This document shows, in pieces, positions 10,214-19,303 of a stretch of 64,000 bases of DNA. Numbering within the stretch: position 1 is the first letter of the stretch; every line of letters begins with the position of its first letter. Location of the stretch: contig CAVZDU010000001.1 of the NCBI GenBank assembly GCA_963774265.1, positions 1,442,021 through 1,506,020 of the forward strand, given 5' to 3'. Origin of the DNA: an uncultured Chloroflexia bacterium. Lineage in GTDB: Bacteria > Chloroflexota > Anaerolineae > CG2-30-64-16. The position numbers and the translations under genes are program-made. The notes under the pieces are model-generated. The model was not told the DNA's origin and searched no databases. It worked only from the letters and a program-made list of their open reading frames with translations.

Positions 10214-10522
10214 GTGTTGAAACCAGTTGATTGCCCTTATTTTTACGGGGATTACCACCGCGGCCGGGACGTTGAGAAGTGCCGGTTGATCGAGCGCAAC
10301 CGCGAGAACCGTCGCCCCTGGCGTCGTCCATTGTGCGACACATGTCCGGTGCCCGGCATCTTGCGCAACACAACCTGCAAGCATCTCGCCCTGGAAGCTT
10401 CGGTCGAGCGCAAGCTCCTCGTGCTTGATCGCGTTCAGGTCTATGCCATCTGCACCGAGCATGTGGTCGAGCTCAACGACCCAAACCATTGTCCGCAATG
10501 TGAGGCCGCAGGGGACCGGTAA
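10214..10522 (+). CDS. Small Cys-rich hypothetical protein, probably metal-binding
   Basis: DCPYFYGDYHRGR, CDTC, CKH, CTEH, HCPQC; AGGA RBS. Confidence 0.7.
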   Translation: MLKPVDCPYFYGDYHRGRDVEKCRLIERNRENRRPWRRPLCDTCPVPGILRNTTCKHLALEASVERKLLVLDRVQVYAICTEHVVELNDPNHCPQCEAAGDR

Positions 10523-10525
10523 CCA

Positions 10526-10553
10526 AAGGAAGAAGAAAGAAGGAAGAAGGAAA
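10526..10553 (+). repeat. Purine heptamer tandem repeat (AAGGAAG)x4
   Basis: AAGGAAG AAGAAAG AAGGAAG AAGGAAA. Confidence 0.7.
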
Positions 10554-10583
10554 ATGGGCGTTTGGGGTGTTGGTTCATACTCT

Positions 10584-11681
10584 TCACCCCGGCAGCGCCA
10601 GCAACGCGTCGCCCAGGCTCTTTCGGCCTAGACCGACCCGGAAGTGGCCAGGCATATCGAACATCTCTCCTGGCGCGACCATCACCCCACAAGTCCCGAG
10701 GCATTGCTGCGCATATTCCAGCGCGGTCACCGGCAGCCAGAGCCGTGGAAACGCTACCGGGCCTCCCATCGGCGGGAGCCATTCGAATGCCTCCGGACGC
10801 CCGATGAAGAACTGTCTGGCGAGATCAAGATTGCTCCGGATGATCTCGATATTGCGGTCCACGATCATACCTCGGGCGCGCAACGCGATGATACCCAGGA
10901 TTTCGCCCGGTGCGCTGTTGCAGATCGTCGTGTAGTCTTTGACTTGCCCTGCCCGCATAAGGAGGTCGCGATCCTGCGTTGCCAGCCAGCCGATGCGCAA
11001 GCCCGGCAGCCCGTACGACTTGGACAGACCCGAGAGCGTGACAGCTCGCTCGTAGCAGTCACACGCCGAGGGTAATCTGTCGCCCCCATCGTATTCGAGC
11101 CCACGGTACATCTCGTCCGAGAACAGGACCGCGCCCATCGCACTTACCGTGCCAACGATGGCATCCCATTCGGCGCGCGATGGCAAGTAGCCGGTAGGGT
11201 TGTGCGGGAAGTTGACCACGACCAGCCTGGTTCGAGGGGTGATCAGGCGAGACAGAGCTTCGACGTCGAGCTGCCAGGCCCCATCACGCGCCACCAAGGG
11301 CCACCGCACCACGGAGCAGCCGATCGCCGCTGCAACCTCAGCCAGCGACTGGTACGCAGGCCATGTGACGACGACCTCATCCCCGGGGCCCAGCAGACCA
11401 TTCATCAGGACAAAAATCCCCTCTTCGGGCGCAGCCACGAGCACATGCTGAGGGGTGATCTCCGTGTAGAGCCGGGCGATTTCACTCCGCAGCAGCGGAT
11501 GACCCTCTGATTCAGTGTAACCGAGCCATAAGTGTTCCCACAGCCCACGTGTTTGACCGTCGGACAGCGCCAGCAGGTCGGGAAGTGCCAGGCTTTCACA
11601 GTCCGACGCGCTGAGCAGATGCCGGACTTTGAATTCATACTCGGCGAAGTAGCGCTCCAGCTTGAACGGGGGTAGTCTCAT
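10584..11681 (-). CDS. PLP-dependent aminotransferase class I/II
   Basis: NFPHNPTG, SDEMY, SKSYGLPGLRIGW. Confidence 0.9.
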   Translation of the reverse strand: MRLPPFKLERYFAEYEFKVRHLLSASDCESLALPDLLALSDGQTRGLWEHLWLGYTESEGHPLLRSEIARLYTEITPQHVLVAAPEEGIFVLMNGLLGPGDEVVVTWPAYQSLAEVAAAIGCSVVRWPLVARDGAWQLDVEALSRLITPRTRLVVVNFPHNPTGYLPSRAEWDAIVGTVSAMGAVLFSDEMYRGLEYDGGDRLPSACDCYERAVTLSGLSKSYGLPGLRIGWLATQDRDLLMRAGQVKDYTTICNSAPGEILGIIALRARGMIVDRNIEIIRSNLDLARQFFIGRPEAFEWLPPMGGPVAFPRLWLPVTALEYAQQCLGTCGVMVAPGEMFDMPGHFRVGLGRKSLGDALLALPG

Positions 11682-11695
11682 TGCGCCTCAGAAAA

Positions 11696-11729
11696 TAGGA
11701 AAATGGAAAAAGGAAGAAGGAAAAGGAAG
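11696..11729 (+). repeat. Purine heptamer tandem repeat, same family as 10526
   Basis: TAGGAAA ATGGAAA AAGGAAG AAGGAAA AGGAAG. Confidence 0.65.
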
Positions 11730-11766
11730 CCCGCAAGTGTGGTGCGGAGACTCACCTGCGGGCTTC
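11726..11766 (-). terminator. Hairpin followed by pyrimidine tract on the minus strand, downstream of the DsbA-like gene
   Basis: GAAGCCCGCA...TGCGGGCTTC inverted repeat. Confidence 0.5.
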
Positions 11767-11791
11767 TCGGTCATCGGATGGCTGTCCGGCG

Positions 11792-13783
11792 TCAGGGCGC
11801 CAGCAGACCGTCGATCACCGGACTGAACTGGTCGTAGGGCAGCGCACCCGAGAGGGGTTTGGGATCGCCCACCGGCTGGCCGCCTACCATTTTGTACAGG
11901 AAGAACGCGGGCGTGCCGCGCACGCCCAGCGCCCCGCCGTCCTTCAGATCCTGATCGATGATCGCCTGCGTTTTCGCAGCGCTGACGCAAGCGTCATACT
12001 TGCCGCTGTCAACTCCGATGGCCAGCGCCTGCTTGCGGAACTGATCCGCGGCATCTTGCGCGTCCTGCCATGTGGCTTGATTAGCATAGAGCCAATCGTG
12101 CATATCCCAAAACAACTTCGCATCCTGTTCACCTGCGCAGATGGCGGCCTTCGCGGCCCCCGGCGCATTCGGATGAAAGTCAAGCGGGAAATTCCGGAAT
12201 ATCTGAACCGCCTTGCCGGTTTTCACGTACGCTTCATACAGAAGCGGCTCCGTCTGCATAGCATGACGGGCACAGTACGGTCACTGGAAGTCCGAGTAGT
12301 CCACCAACTTGACCGCTGCGTTCGGGTCACCTCGATAGAAGTTCCCCTCGGCGTCACGCCCCACAGGCAAACTCGCCAGCTCGGTCTTCGAGATGGACGG
12401 TGGCGGTGTGGGCGTGGGTGTCGGTGGCACCGAGATGTCCTTGATAGCTTGTTCGAACTGATCCAACGGCAGCGCGCCGGGGAAGCCCTTGGCATTCTCA
12501 ACCTGGCCCTGGGCGTCGAGTTTAAGCACCAGGAACGACGGTGCGGATGGCACACCGACTTCCTCCTGGGCAAAGGACAGCGCCTGCTGCACCTGGTTCT
12601 GAACCGTTTCATTGGTCAGGCAATCGCTGAAGGGCTTTTCGTCCAGCCCCAAGCTCTTGGCGAAGCCCTGCATCGCCGCATCGTCGCCTTCAGTCCACTC
12701 TGCCTGTTTCGTGTAGAGCAGTTCACGGAACTCCCAGAACTTGTCCTGCTGACCGGCGCACAACGCCGCAGCAGCGGCTCGGGGGGCCGTCACGGGGAAT
12801 AGCTGAACAGAGTAACGCACCTGTCCCTTGTCAAGGTAGTCCGACTTCAGTTTCGGTTCAACCGACTTCAGGTGCTCGGCTGATTCCGGGCTCTTGAAGT
12901 CTTCAAAAGCCAACACGACTACAGGCGCCGTGTCGGCGCCGAGGTAGTAACCGCCGCCAAAGTCGCGACCGGCTCGCTGAGGATCGGGCTGCCAGAACTC
13001 AACGCCTTGGGGCAGCGGGGTTGGGGTGGGCGGGGGCTTCTGCCCAGCCTTGGCCTTTTCGATTTTGTCCTTGAACTCATCGATTCCGACCGCGCCGCTG
13101 ATGAACCAATCGTTTACGAAGAACGCGGGTGTGCCTTGCACGCCCATCGCCATCCCATCCTGCACGTCCTTCTGGATTCGTGCGGTCGAGGCAGGGTCCT
13201 GGATGCACTTGTCGTAATCGGCCTCTTTGACGCCGAGCGCCAAAGCCTGCTTTTTGAACTGGTCTGCTCCATCGGTCGCCTCAGACCATCCATCCTGGTT
13301 CTTGAAAAGCCAATCGTGTAATCCCCAGAACAACTTCGGGTCCTGCTGACCGGCGCAGTAAGCCGCCAGCGAGGCAGGCATAGCATTCTGGTGAAAATCC
13401 AGCGGGAAGTGGCGGTAAACGTGTAGGACCTGACCGGTTGCTACGTACGCTTCATCCAGAAGCGGTCCCGTCTGTACAACATGACGGGCACAGTACGGTC
13501 ACTGAAAGTCCGACCATTCCACCAGCTTCACCGCGGCGTTCGGATTGCCCCGGTAGAAGTTGCCCTCCGCATCGACGCCGACCGGCACATCTGCCGCCAT
13601 AGCCGGGGCGGTCGTGGCGCCGGGCTGCTGCGTGGCTTGCTCGGCCGGCGCAGGTGTGCCAGCCTGAGGCGCCGGAGTGGGTACTGGCGCTGAGACACCG
13701 ACACAGCCGGCGACGAACAGCGCCAAAGCCAGCAGCAGCAGGCCGTACACAGCACGTCTGGTGCGAGACTGGGGTTCTCTCAT
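11792..13783 (-). CDS. Three-domain DsbA/thioredoxin-fold lipoprotein with two predicted selenocysteines (U95, U501), 663 aa
   Basis: ORFs 13499-13807, 12281-13381 and 11792-12259 share one frame, separated only by TGA codons in SDFQ-TGA-PYCARH; lipobox VAGC; RBS AGGGAGGA; GTPAFF cis-Pro loops. Confidence 0.9.
12250..12269 (-). promoter_or_regulatory. SECIS-like hairpin after second UGA (12281-12283)
   Basis: mRNA CCGUC-A-UGC-UAU-GCA-GACGG starting 11 nt after UGA. Confidence 0.75.
13467..13488 (-). promoter_or_regulatory. SECIS-like hairpin after first UGA (13499-13501)
   Basis: mRNA CCCGUC-A-UGU-UGU-ACA-GACGGG starting 10 nt after UGA. Confidence 0.75.
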
Positions 13784-13846
13784 GGAGTCCTCCCTCTGTA
13801 AGATCAAACCGCGGCGTGGGGCAGGCTGGCTGCCAGCCTACGCCGG

Positions 13847-15019
13847 TCAGTATACGAATTCTCGGATGTCATAACGCGACAGTTGTGGCCCGGCGGCGCC
13901 GGCTGACAAGCCCGCTCGCAAGGCCGCTTCCTGCCTGGCAATCTGATCGGATGAAAGCGGCGTAATGCCCGTCCTCGTGGCCAACTCTCCATATTCCGAG
14001 CCAGGCTGCTCAAAGAACGGCGAGAAATACACGAGATCGCCCTTACTCAACGGCATTGCATTGAGCGTTGCGATCGTGTGAGCGACATGGCCTTTGCCGT
14101 ACTGCGCTCCGCCGACGCCGGTCATGATGATGACGCTGACCGCTACGCCGGCGGCCTTTAGTGTGCGCACTGCGTCAACCGCATCGGCTGCTGTCCCCGG
14201 CTTGGCCAGGAACCGGAGCAGGGTGTCGTCCCCGCTCTCCATGCCGATGTACACCCGGCGCAGGCCTCGCCCGGCCAACTCTGCCCACTCGGTGACCGAC
14301 TTACGACCTACATCGAACGCATCGATGAAAGAGAAGATGCCCCCAGGGCGGCGCGGCCCGGCAGCATCGACCACGTCCAGCCACGCACGTACACGCGGCA
14401 TGGGCGCGACCAGGGCGTTTGCGTCGGCCAGGAAAAGCGACTTGCGCAGATGGAGGGCTGGCCCAAAAAACGCCTGCACCTCATGGACGTGCGCCTGCAG
14501 CTCTTCCGGACTTTTTATGCGGAACGGCCGATCCCGGTAGAAGTCGCAGAACGTACATCGATTGTACGAACAGCCTTCGGTTGCCTGGATCACCAGCGCC
14601 AGGTATTGGTCGGGCGGCAAGATGCTGACGGGAAGATAGATGCGATTGAACCACGCAACATCGGCTGCCAGGCGTTCCGCGGTCCACCCACGCAACACAT
14701 CGAGCCGGTGATCACCAAGGGTGTCCGCGACCTTTTGGGCTAACGCATGGGCCCGCACGGCAAAGGCATGGCTCTCGTCACCTGAGAGCCACTGTCGCCG
14801 GCGTCCGTCTGAACCGGGCCACTTGCGCAGCACGCGACCATCGAGCGCCCGCCGATAATTATAGCCATCCTCAAACGCGCCGATCAGCCTTCCCGCCAGA
14901 TCGAACGAGAAGCTCGGTTGCTCATCGTCGACAAGTATGTTGATCGCCACCGGTCGCACGCGCACCGCAATCGGTCCGACGCCTAGTAAGGTGCAATTGA
15001 GAATCTCAGTCGCCATCAT
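13847..15019 (-). CDS. Radical SAM protein
   Basis: GCSYNRCTFC cluster motif, FLADANAL, YIGMESGDD. Confidence 0.85.
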   Translation of the reverse strand: MMATEILNCTLLGVGPIAVRVRPVAINILVDDEQPSFSFDLAGRLIGAFEDGYNYRRALDGRVLRKWPGSDGRRRQWLSGDESHAFAVRAHALAQKVADTLGDHRLDVLRGWTAERLAADVAWFNRIYLPVSILPPDQYLALVIQATEGCSYNRCTFCDFYRDRPFRIKSPEELQAHVHEVQAFFGPALHLRKSLFLADANALVAPMPRVRAWLDVVDAAGPRRPGGIFSFIDAFDVGRKSVTEWAELAGRGLRRVYIGMESGDDTLLRFLAKPGTAADAVDAVRTLKAAGVAVSVIIMTGVGGAQYGKGHVAHTIATLNAMPLSKGDLVYFSPFFEQPGSEYGELATRTGITPLSSDQIARQEAALRAGLSAGAAGPQLSRYDIREFVY

Positions 15020-15126
15020 CCAACCGAATCGTAAACAGTCAGATTATTATAAACGAAGGCCAGCCAGCGCGCTAACAATGCACTGCGCGATGGACGCTAT
15101 GCTATTCGTGATCGATTTAGTCCCCG

Positions 15127-15135
15127 TGGTATAAT
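15127..15135 (+). promoter_or_regulatory. Extended -10 promoter
   Basis: TGGTATAAT 26 nt upstream of the ABC-F start. Confidence 0.6.
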
Positions 15136-15161
15136 GTGGGCTTGTTGGAGTATCGTTAGGC

Positions 15162-17075
15162 ATGTCTCTCTTAGTTGCAACCGGCCTGGCCAAGGCCTTC
15201 GGCGCGCTGGATGTCTTTGCGGGTGTCGACCTAAGGGTCGAGGCGGGCGACCGGATCGGTTTCGTTGGCGCGAACGGGGCTGGCAAAACAACCGTCCTGC
15301 GCATTCTTGCTGGTGCAGAAGAGCAGACCAGCGGTGATGTTGCGCGCAAGCGGGGTCTGACGGTGGGCTACCTGCCCCAGGATCCGCCACCTGGGCGCGA
15401 TCTCACCCTCCATGCCGCCATGCTCGAGGTCTTTGCACCCGTGCTGGAGCAAGCGGCGACGCTGCGGGAGATGGAACATCGTCTTGCCGGAGCTGCCGCC
15501 GAAGCCTCGGATGACTACGACGCGTTGCTAGAAGAATATGGTCATGCGCAAGCCCAGTTTGAAGTGGCTGGCGGCTATGATTACGAGACCCGCATCCGCC
15601 AGGTGTTGGGCGGTCTCGGCTTCAACGAAGATGAGCACGAAAAACGCCTTGCTCATCTCAGCGGCGGCGAGCGCACGCGCGCGCTCCTGGCCCAGCTTCT
15701 GCTGCAGGAGCCGGACCTGCTACTGCTCGACGAGCCAACCAATCATCTGGACCTCGAGGCTGTGGAGTGGCTGGAGGAGCTGCTGCTGCGCTGGGAGGGC
15801 GGGCTCGTTGTCGTCGCGCACGATCGCTACTTCCTTGACAAGGTCGCCAATCGCATTTGGGACATGAACTTTGGCCGGCTTGAGTCATACCGGGGCAATT
15901 ACTCGGCTTTCCGCCTGCAGAAAGAGATGCGCCTGGACCGCCAGCGGCAGGAATGGGAGTCTCAACAGGAGTTTGTCGAGAAGACAGAGGATTTCATCCG
16001 CCGCAACCTGGCCGGTCAGCGAACCAAGGAGGCCCAGGGGCGACGCACGCGGCTGGAACGGTTCTTACGCGATGAAGCGTTGGATCGACCGCAAGATCAA
16101 CAGCAAATCCGCCTGGGGTTGACGACGCAAATCCGTTCGGGCGACCTGGTGTTGGCCACGAAGGATCTCGCGGTCGGTTACGACCGGCCGCTCTTCTACG
16201 CGGAGAATGCCGAGATTCGCCGTGGTGACCGCGTGGCCCTGATCGGCCCGAATGGAGCCGGCAAGACGACGCTGCTGAAGACGATCCTGGGCGACCTGCC
16301 ACCTTTGCAGGGTCGGGTGCGCTTCGGTGCGAGTGTAGAGCCGGGCTACCTCGCCCAGGCACAGGCCGGGCTGGATCCGGACGAAACAGTGCTCGATGCA
16401 ATTCTGGACGTGCGCAATCTGCCCCTGGCGCAGGCGCGCAACTTCCTGGGCCAGTTTCTGTTCCGCGGGGATGATGTCTTCCGTACGATTGGCACTTTGA
16501 GCGGCGGGCAGCGCAGCCGGGTGGCGCTCGCGCGGCTTACCCTGAAAGGCGCGAACTTTCTCCTGTTGGATGAGCCGACAAACCATCTTGACCTCGATAC
16601 GCAAGAGATTTTGGAGCAGGTGCTAAAGCAGTTTCCTGGCACAGTGCTGCTGGTCACTCATGACCGATGGCTGGTGCAGGCACTCGTTACGCAGGTTTGG
16701 CGGGTCGATGGTGATGAGATGCGCGCATATAAGGGTAATTACGAGGAATACCTGAAGTTGCGCGGTCTTGAGATGGAGGGTCCGGGGAAGCCCAACGGGG
16801 ATGATTTGGAGCGCCAGGCGCAACTTGAGGCGGATCGAGCGCGCGCCAGGGAGGAACGCCGCCAACGCAAGGCCGCCGAGAAGCGTGTCGAGGCTGCCGC
16901 GGCTATGGAAGGGCAGATTCACAACCTGGAAGCACGGTTGGCCGGGTTGAGCACCCAACTCGAGGCTGCCAGCCTCGCAGGTGATGTGGCAAGGGTGCAG
17001 CGGTTGGGGATCGAGTATCAGCAAACCGATGCGGAATTGCACCGGATCATGGCCGAGTGGGCGGAGCTGGCATGA
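15162..17075 (+). CDS. ABC-F family ribosome-associated ATPase
   Basis: Two NBDs (GANGAGKTT/LSGGE/LLLDEPTNHLD; GPNGAGKTT/LSGGQ), no TM segments, C-terminal coiled coil. Confidence 0.93.
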   Translation: MSLLVATGLAKAFGALDVFAGVDLRVEAGDRIGFVGANGAGKTTVLRILAGAEEQTSGDVARKRGLTVGYLPQDPPPGRDLTLHAAMLEVFAPVLEQAATLREMEHRLAGAAAEASDDYDALLEEYGHAQAQFEVAGGYDYETRIRQVLGGLGFNEDEHEKRLAHLSGGERTRALLAQLLLQEPDLLLLDEPTNHLDLEAVEWLEELLLRWEGGLVVVAHDRYFLDKVANRIWDMNFGRLESYRGNYSAFRLQKEMRLDRQRQEWESQQEFVEKTEDFIRRNLAGQRTKEAQGRRTRLERFLRDEALDRPQDQQQIRLGLTTQIRSGDLVLATKDLAVGYDRPLFYAENAEIRRGDRVALIGPNGAGKTTLLKTILGDLPPLQGRVRFGASVEPGYLAQAQAGLDPDETVLDAILDVRNLPLAQARNFLGQFLFRGDDVFRTIGTLSGGQRSRVALARLTLKGANFLLLDEPTNHLDLDTQEILEQVLKQFPGTVLLVTHDRWLVQALVTQVWRVDGDEMRAYKGNYEEYLKLRGLEMEGPGKPNGDDLERQAQLEADRARAREERRQRKAAEKRVEAAAAMEGQIHNLEARLAGLSTQLEAASLAGDVARVQRLGIEYQQTDAELHRIMAEWAELA

Positions 17076-17863
17076 GACCGCCGGTCCACAGGACTGCTCC
17101 GCTAGTCATCGGCATCACAGGGGGCATCGGCTGTGGCAAGAGCCACGTGCGCGAGACATTGGTCGAGTTGGGTGCGGACGGAATCGACGCAGACACGGTT
17201 GCGCACGAGGTCATGGCCCCAGGCGGCCCGGCCTACGAACCACTGATCGCTGCCTTCGGACGGGAAGTGCTGCTGCCCGATGGGGTCGTAGATCGTGCTA
17301 AGCTCGGCGCGCTGGTCTTTACAGACCCTGACGCGCTCGCACGGCTGGAGGCGATCGTCCATCCGGCGGTGTACCAGGTGTCAAAAGCGCGTGTCGCAGG
17401 CAGCACGGCTCCTGCCGTCGCCGTCGAGGCCATCAAGCTGCTCAAAGCCGGGTTGGGCGTCAGCCTGTGCGACCAGGTGTGGGTGGTGACCTGTAGCGAG
17501 GAAGATCAACTGGAGCGCCTTGCTCGCACGCGGGGCATGTCTGCTGCTGAGATGCGTCGTCGCCGGGCCAATCAGATGCCGCACGAGCAGATGGCCAAGG
17601 CGGCCGATCGGGTCATTCACACGGATGGTGCTCTGGTCGAGACCGAGCGTCGTGTGTTGCGTGCCTGGCTGGAGCTTGGCCTGCCGTTGCCGGGTGCGCG
17701 GGTTGCCGGCAGCCGGCGAGACTACCTCCTGATCGCGGTTCGTATGGATGCGCCCGAGTCACGTGCTTTTTATGAGCGACTTGGCTTCACCGAATGTGGG
17801 CGCCTGACGGAGGAGATCGCCGGTCGCTACGTCGACCAGATCATGGTCGAGTTCCCGCTTTAA
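17072..17863 (+). CDS. coaE: Dephospho-CoA kinase with short GNAT-like C-terminal tail
   Basis: IGITGGIGCGKS, IDAD, DRAKLG, LEAIVHP; ATGA overlap with ABC-F stop. Confidence 0.9.
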   Translation: MRPPVHRTAPLVIGITGGIGCGKSHVRETLVELGADGIDADTVAHEVMAPGGPAYEPLIAAFGREVLLPDGVVDRAKLGALVFTDPDALARLEAIVHPAVYQVSKARVAGSTAPAVAVEAIKLLKAGLGVSLCDQVWVVTCSEEDQLERLARTRGMSAAEMRRRRANQMPHEQMAKAADRVIHTDGALVETERRVLRAWLELGLPLPGARVAGSRRDYLLIAVRMDAPESRAFYERLGFTECGRLTEEIAGRYVDQIMVEFPL

Positions 17864-17905
17864 TGCCGCCCGGCTTACCGCACGGTGCGGGGATGGGGTG
17901 TACAA

Positions 17906-18142
17906 ATGCGTAAATTGTGGAACGAACATCCGAACCTGGTTTCGTGGATTGCGCTGGCCATCGGCATGGTGGTCATCGTTATCTTTGCGGCTCGCAACGT
18001 CGGTTTTCAACCTGGACAGTGGGCGGCCGTGATCGCCGCGACGATCGCTTTGGCAGGGTTGTGTGTTTGGATCATCAGTTGGGAGGATTCGCCCAACGAG
18101 GACTCATTGTCGGGTAAGGAGCAGGACGCTGCATCGAAATAA
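17906..18142 (+). CDS. Small two-TM membrane protein
   Basis: Two hydrophobic segments and acidic tail; in operon position. Confidence 0.65.
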   Translation: MRKLWNEHPNLVSWIALAIGMVVIVIFAARNVGFQPGQWAAVIAATIALAGLCVWIISWEDSPNEDSLSGKEQDAASK

Positions 18143-18158
18143 GGCGCAGCGATAACTT

Positions 18159-19301
18159 ATGAGCAAGCGCGATTATTACGAAGTATTGGGCGTGCCGCGC
18201 GATGCGGACGATAACGCCATCAAGGGCGCCTACCGGCGTCTGGCGCGCCAGTATCACCCGGACGTAAACAAAGCCTCCGATGCCGAGGAACGCTTCAAGG
18301 AAATCAACGAGGCGTACGAAATCCTCAGCGATGCCGACCGTCGCGCCGCGTATGACCGCTACGGCCACGCGGGGACCCAGGGCTTTCCCGGAGGCGCCGG
18401 CGGATACGGCGGGGCCGGCTTCCCGGGTTTCAACGACATCTTCGAGGAGTTCTTTGGCGGCTTCACCGGTATGCGAGGCGGCGCCGCACAGCGGGGTCCG
18501 GCCCGGGGCGCAGATTTGCGCTACGACCTGGAAATCACTTTTCAAGAGGCCGTTTTCGGCACGGAGAAGGAGATCGAGGTCACGCGGCAGGAACTCTGTC
18601 CGACCTGCAATGGTTCAGGTGCGGAGCCGGGCACCAAGCCCATCAGGTGTCCGCAGTGTAATGGCTCCGGCGAGGTCCGGCGCGCACAGCAGACTATCCT
18701 GGGCCAGTTCGTCAGCGTGACTACGTGCCCGCGCTGCAACGGCGAGCGCGAGATCGCCACAACGCCATGCGCCGAGTGCCGCGGGCAAAAGCGCGTGCGC
18801 GTCACCCGCAAGTTGATGGTCAGCATCCCAGCGGGCGTCGATGACGGCATGCGCATCCGGCTCGCGAACGAAGGCGAGCCGGGCGAGCGCGGTGGCCCGA
18901 CCGGGAGCCTGTTTGTCGTCCTGGCCGTCAAGCCGCACCCAATGTTCCAGCGCCAAGAGAACGATATCATTTTGGAGCTGCCCGTCAATATCGTGCAGGC
19001 AGCCCTGGGCGCGGAAATCGAAGTGCCGACCGTAGACGGTACCGAACGGATCAATGTCAAGTCGGGCACTCAGCACGGGGAGGTGCTCCGTCTCAAGGGC
19101 AAGGGTGTGCCGATCCTGCGCACCAGCCGCAGGGGCGACCAACTCATTGTCGTCAAGGTTGTTGTGCCCGAGAAGCTCAACGACAAGCAGCGGAAGCTTC
19201 TGCACGAGTTGGGCGATTCGCTGGGGCTGGAGTCGTTAGGCAAGGACAACCGGAGCCTGTTTGAGAAGCTCATCGACTCGGTTGGCAACGCGTTGGGGTA
19301 A
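18159..19301 (+). CDS. dnaJ: Chaperone DnaJ
   Basis: J domain with HPD, G/F region, four CxxCxG zinc repeats. Confidence 0.97.
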   Translation: MSKRDYYEVLGVPRDADDNAIKGAYRRLARQYHPDVNKASDAEERFKEINEAYEILSDADRRAAYDRYGHAGTQGFPGGAGGYGGAGFPGFNDIFEEFFGGFTGMRGGAAQRGPARGADLRYDLEITFQEAVFGTEKEIEVTRQELCPTCNGSGAEPGTKPIRCPQCNGSGEVRRAQQTILGQFVSVTTCPRCNGEREIATTPCAECRGQKRVRVTRKLMVSIPAGVDDGMRIRLANEGEPGERGGPTGSLFVVLAVKPHPMFQRQENDIILELPVNIVQAALGAEIEVPTVDGTERINVKSGTQHGEVLRLKGKGVPILRTSRRGDQLIVVKVVVPEKLNDKQRKLLHELGDSLGLESLGKDNRSLFEKLIDSVGNALG

Positions 19302-19303
19302 GC

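Noticed and set aside
11792-13783. Pseudogene or genome-wide TGA reassignment as explanation for the in-frame TGAs
   Set aside because: TGA ends many ordinary genes here (xseA, xseB, ABC-F); both TGAs sit at the catalytic Cys position with conserved downstream hairpins.
10584-15019. Radical SAM, selenoprotein and aminotransferase as one biosynthetic cluster
   Set aside because: Only co-orientation supports it; hairpins and repeats separate the genes and no precursor peptide or shared pathway is evident.
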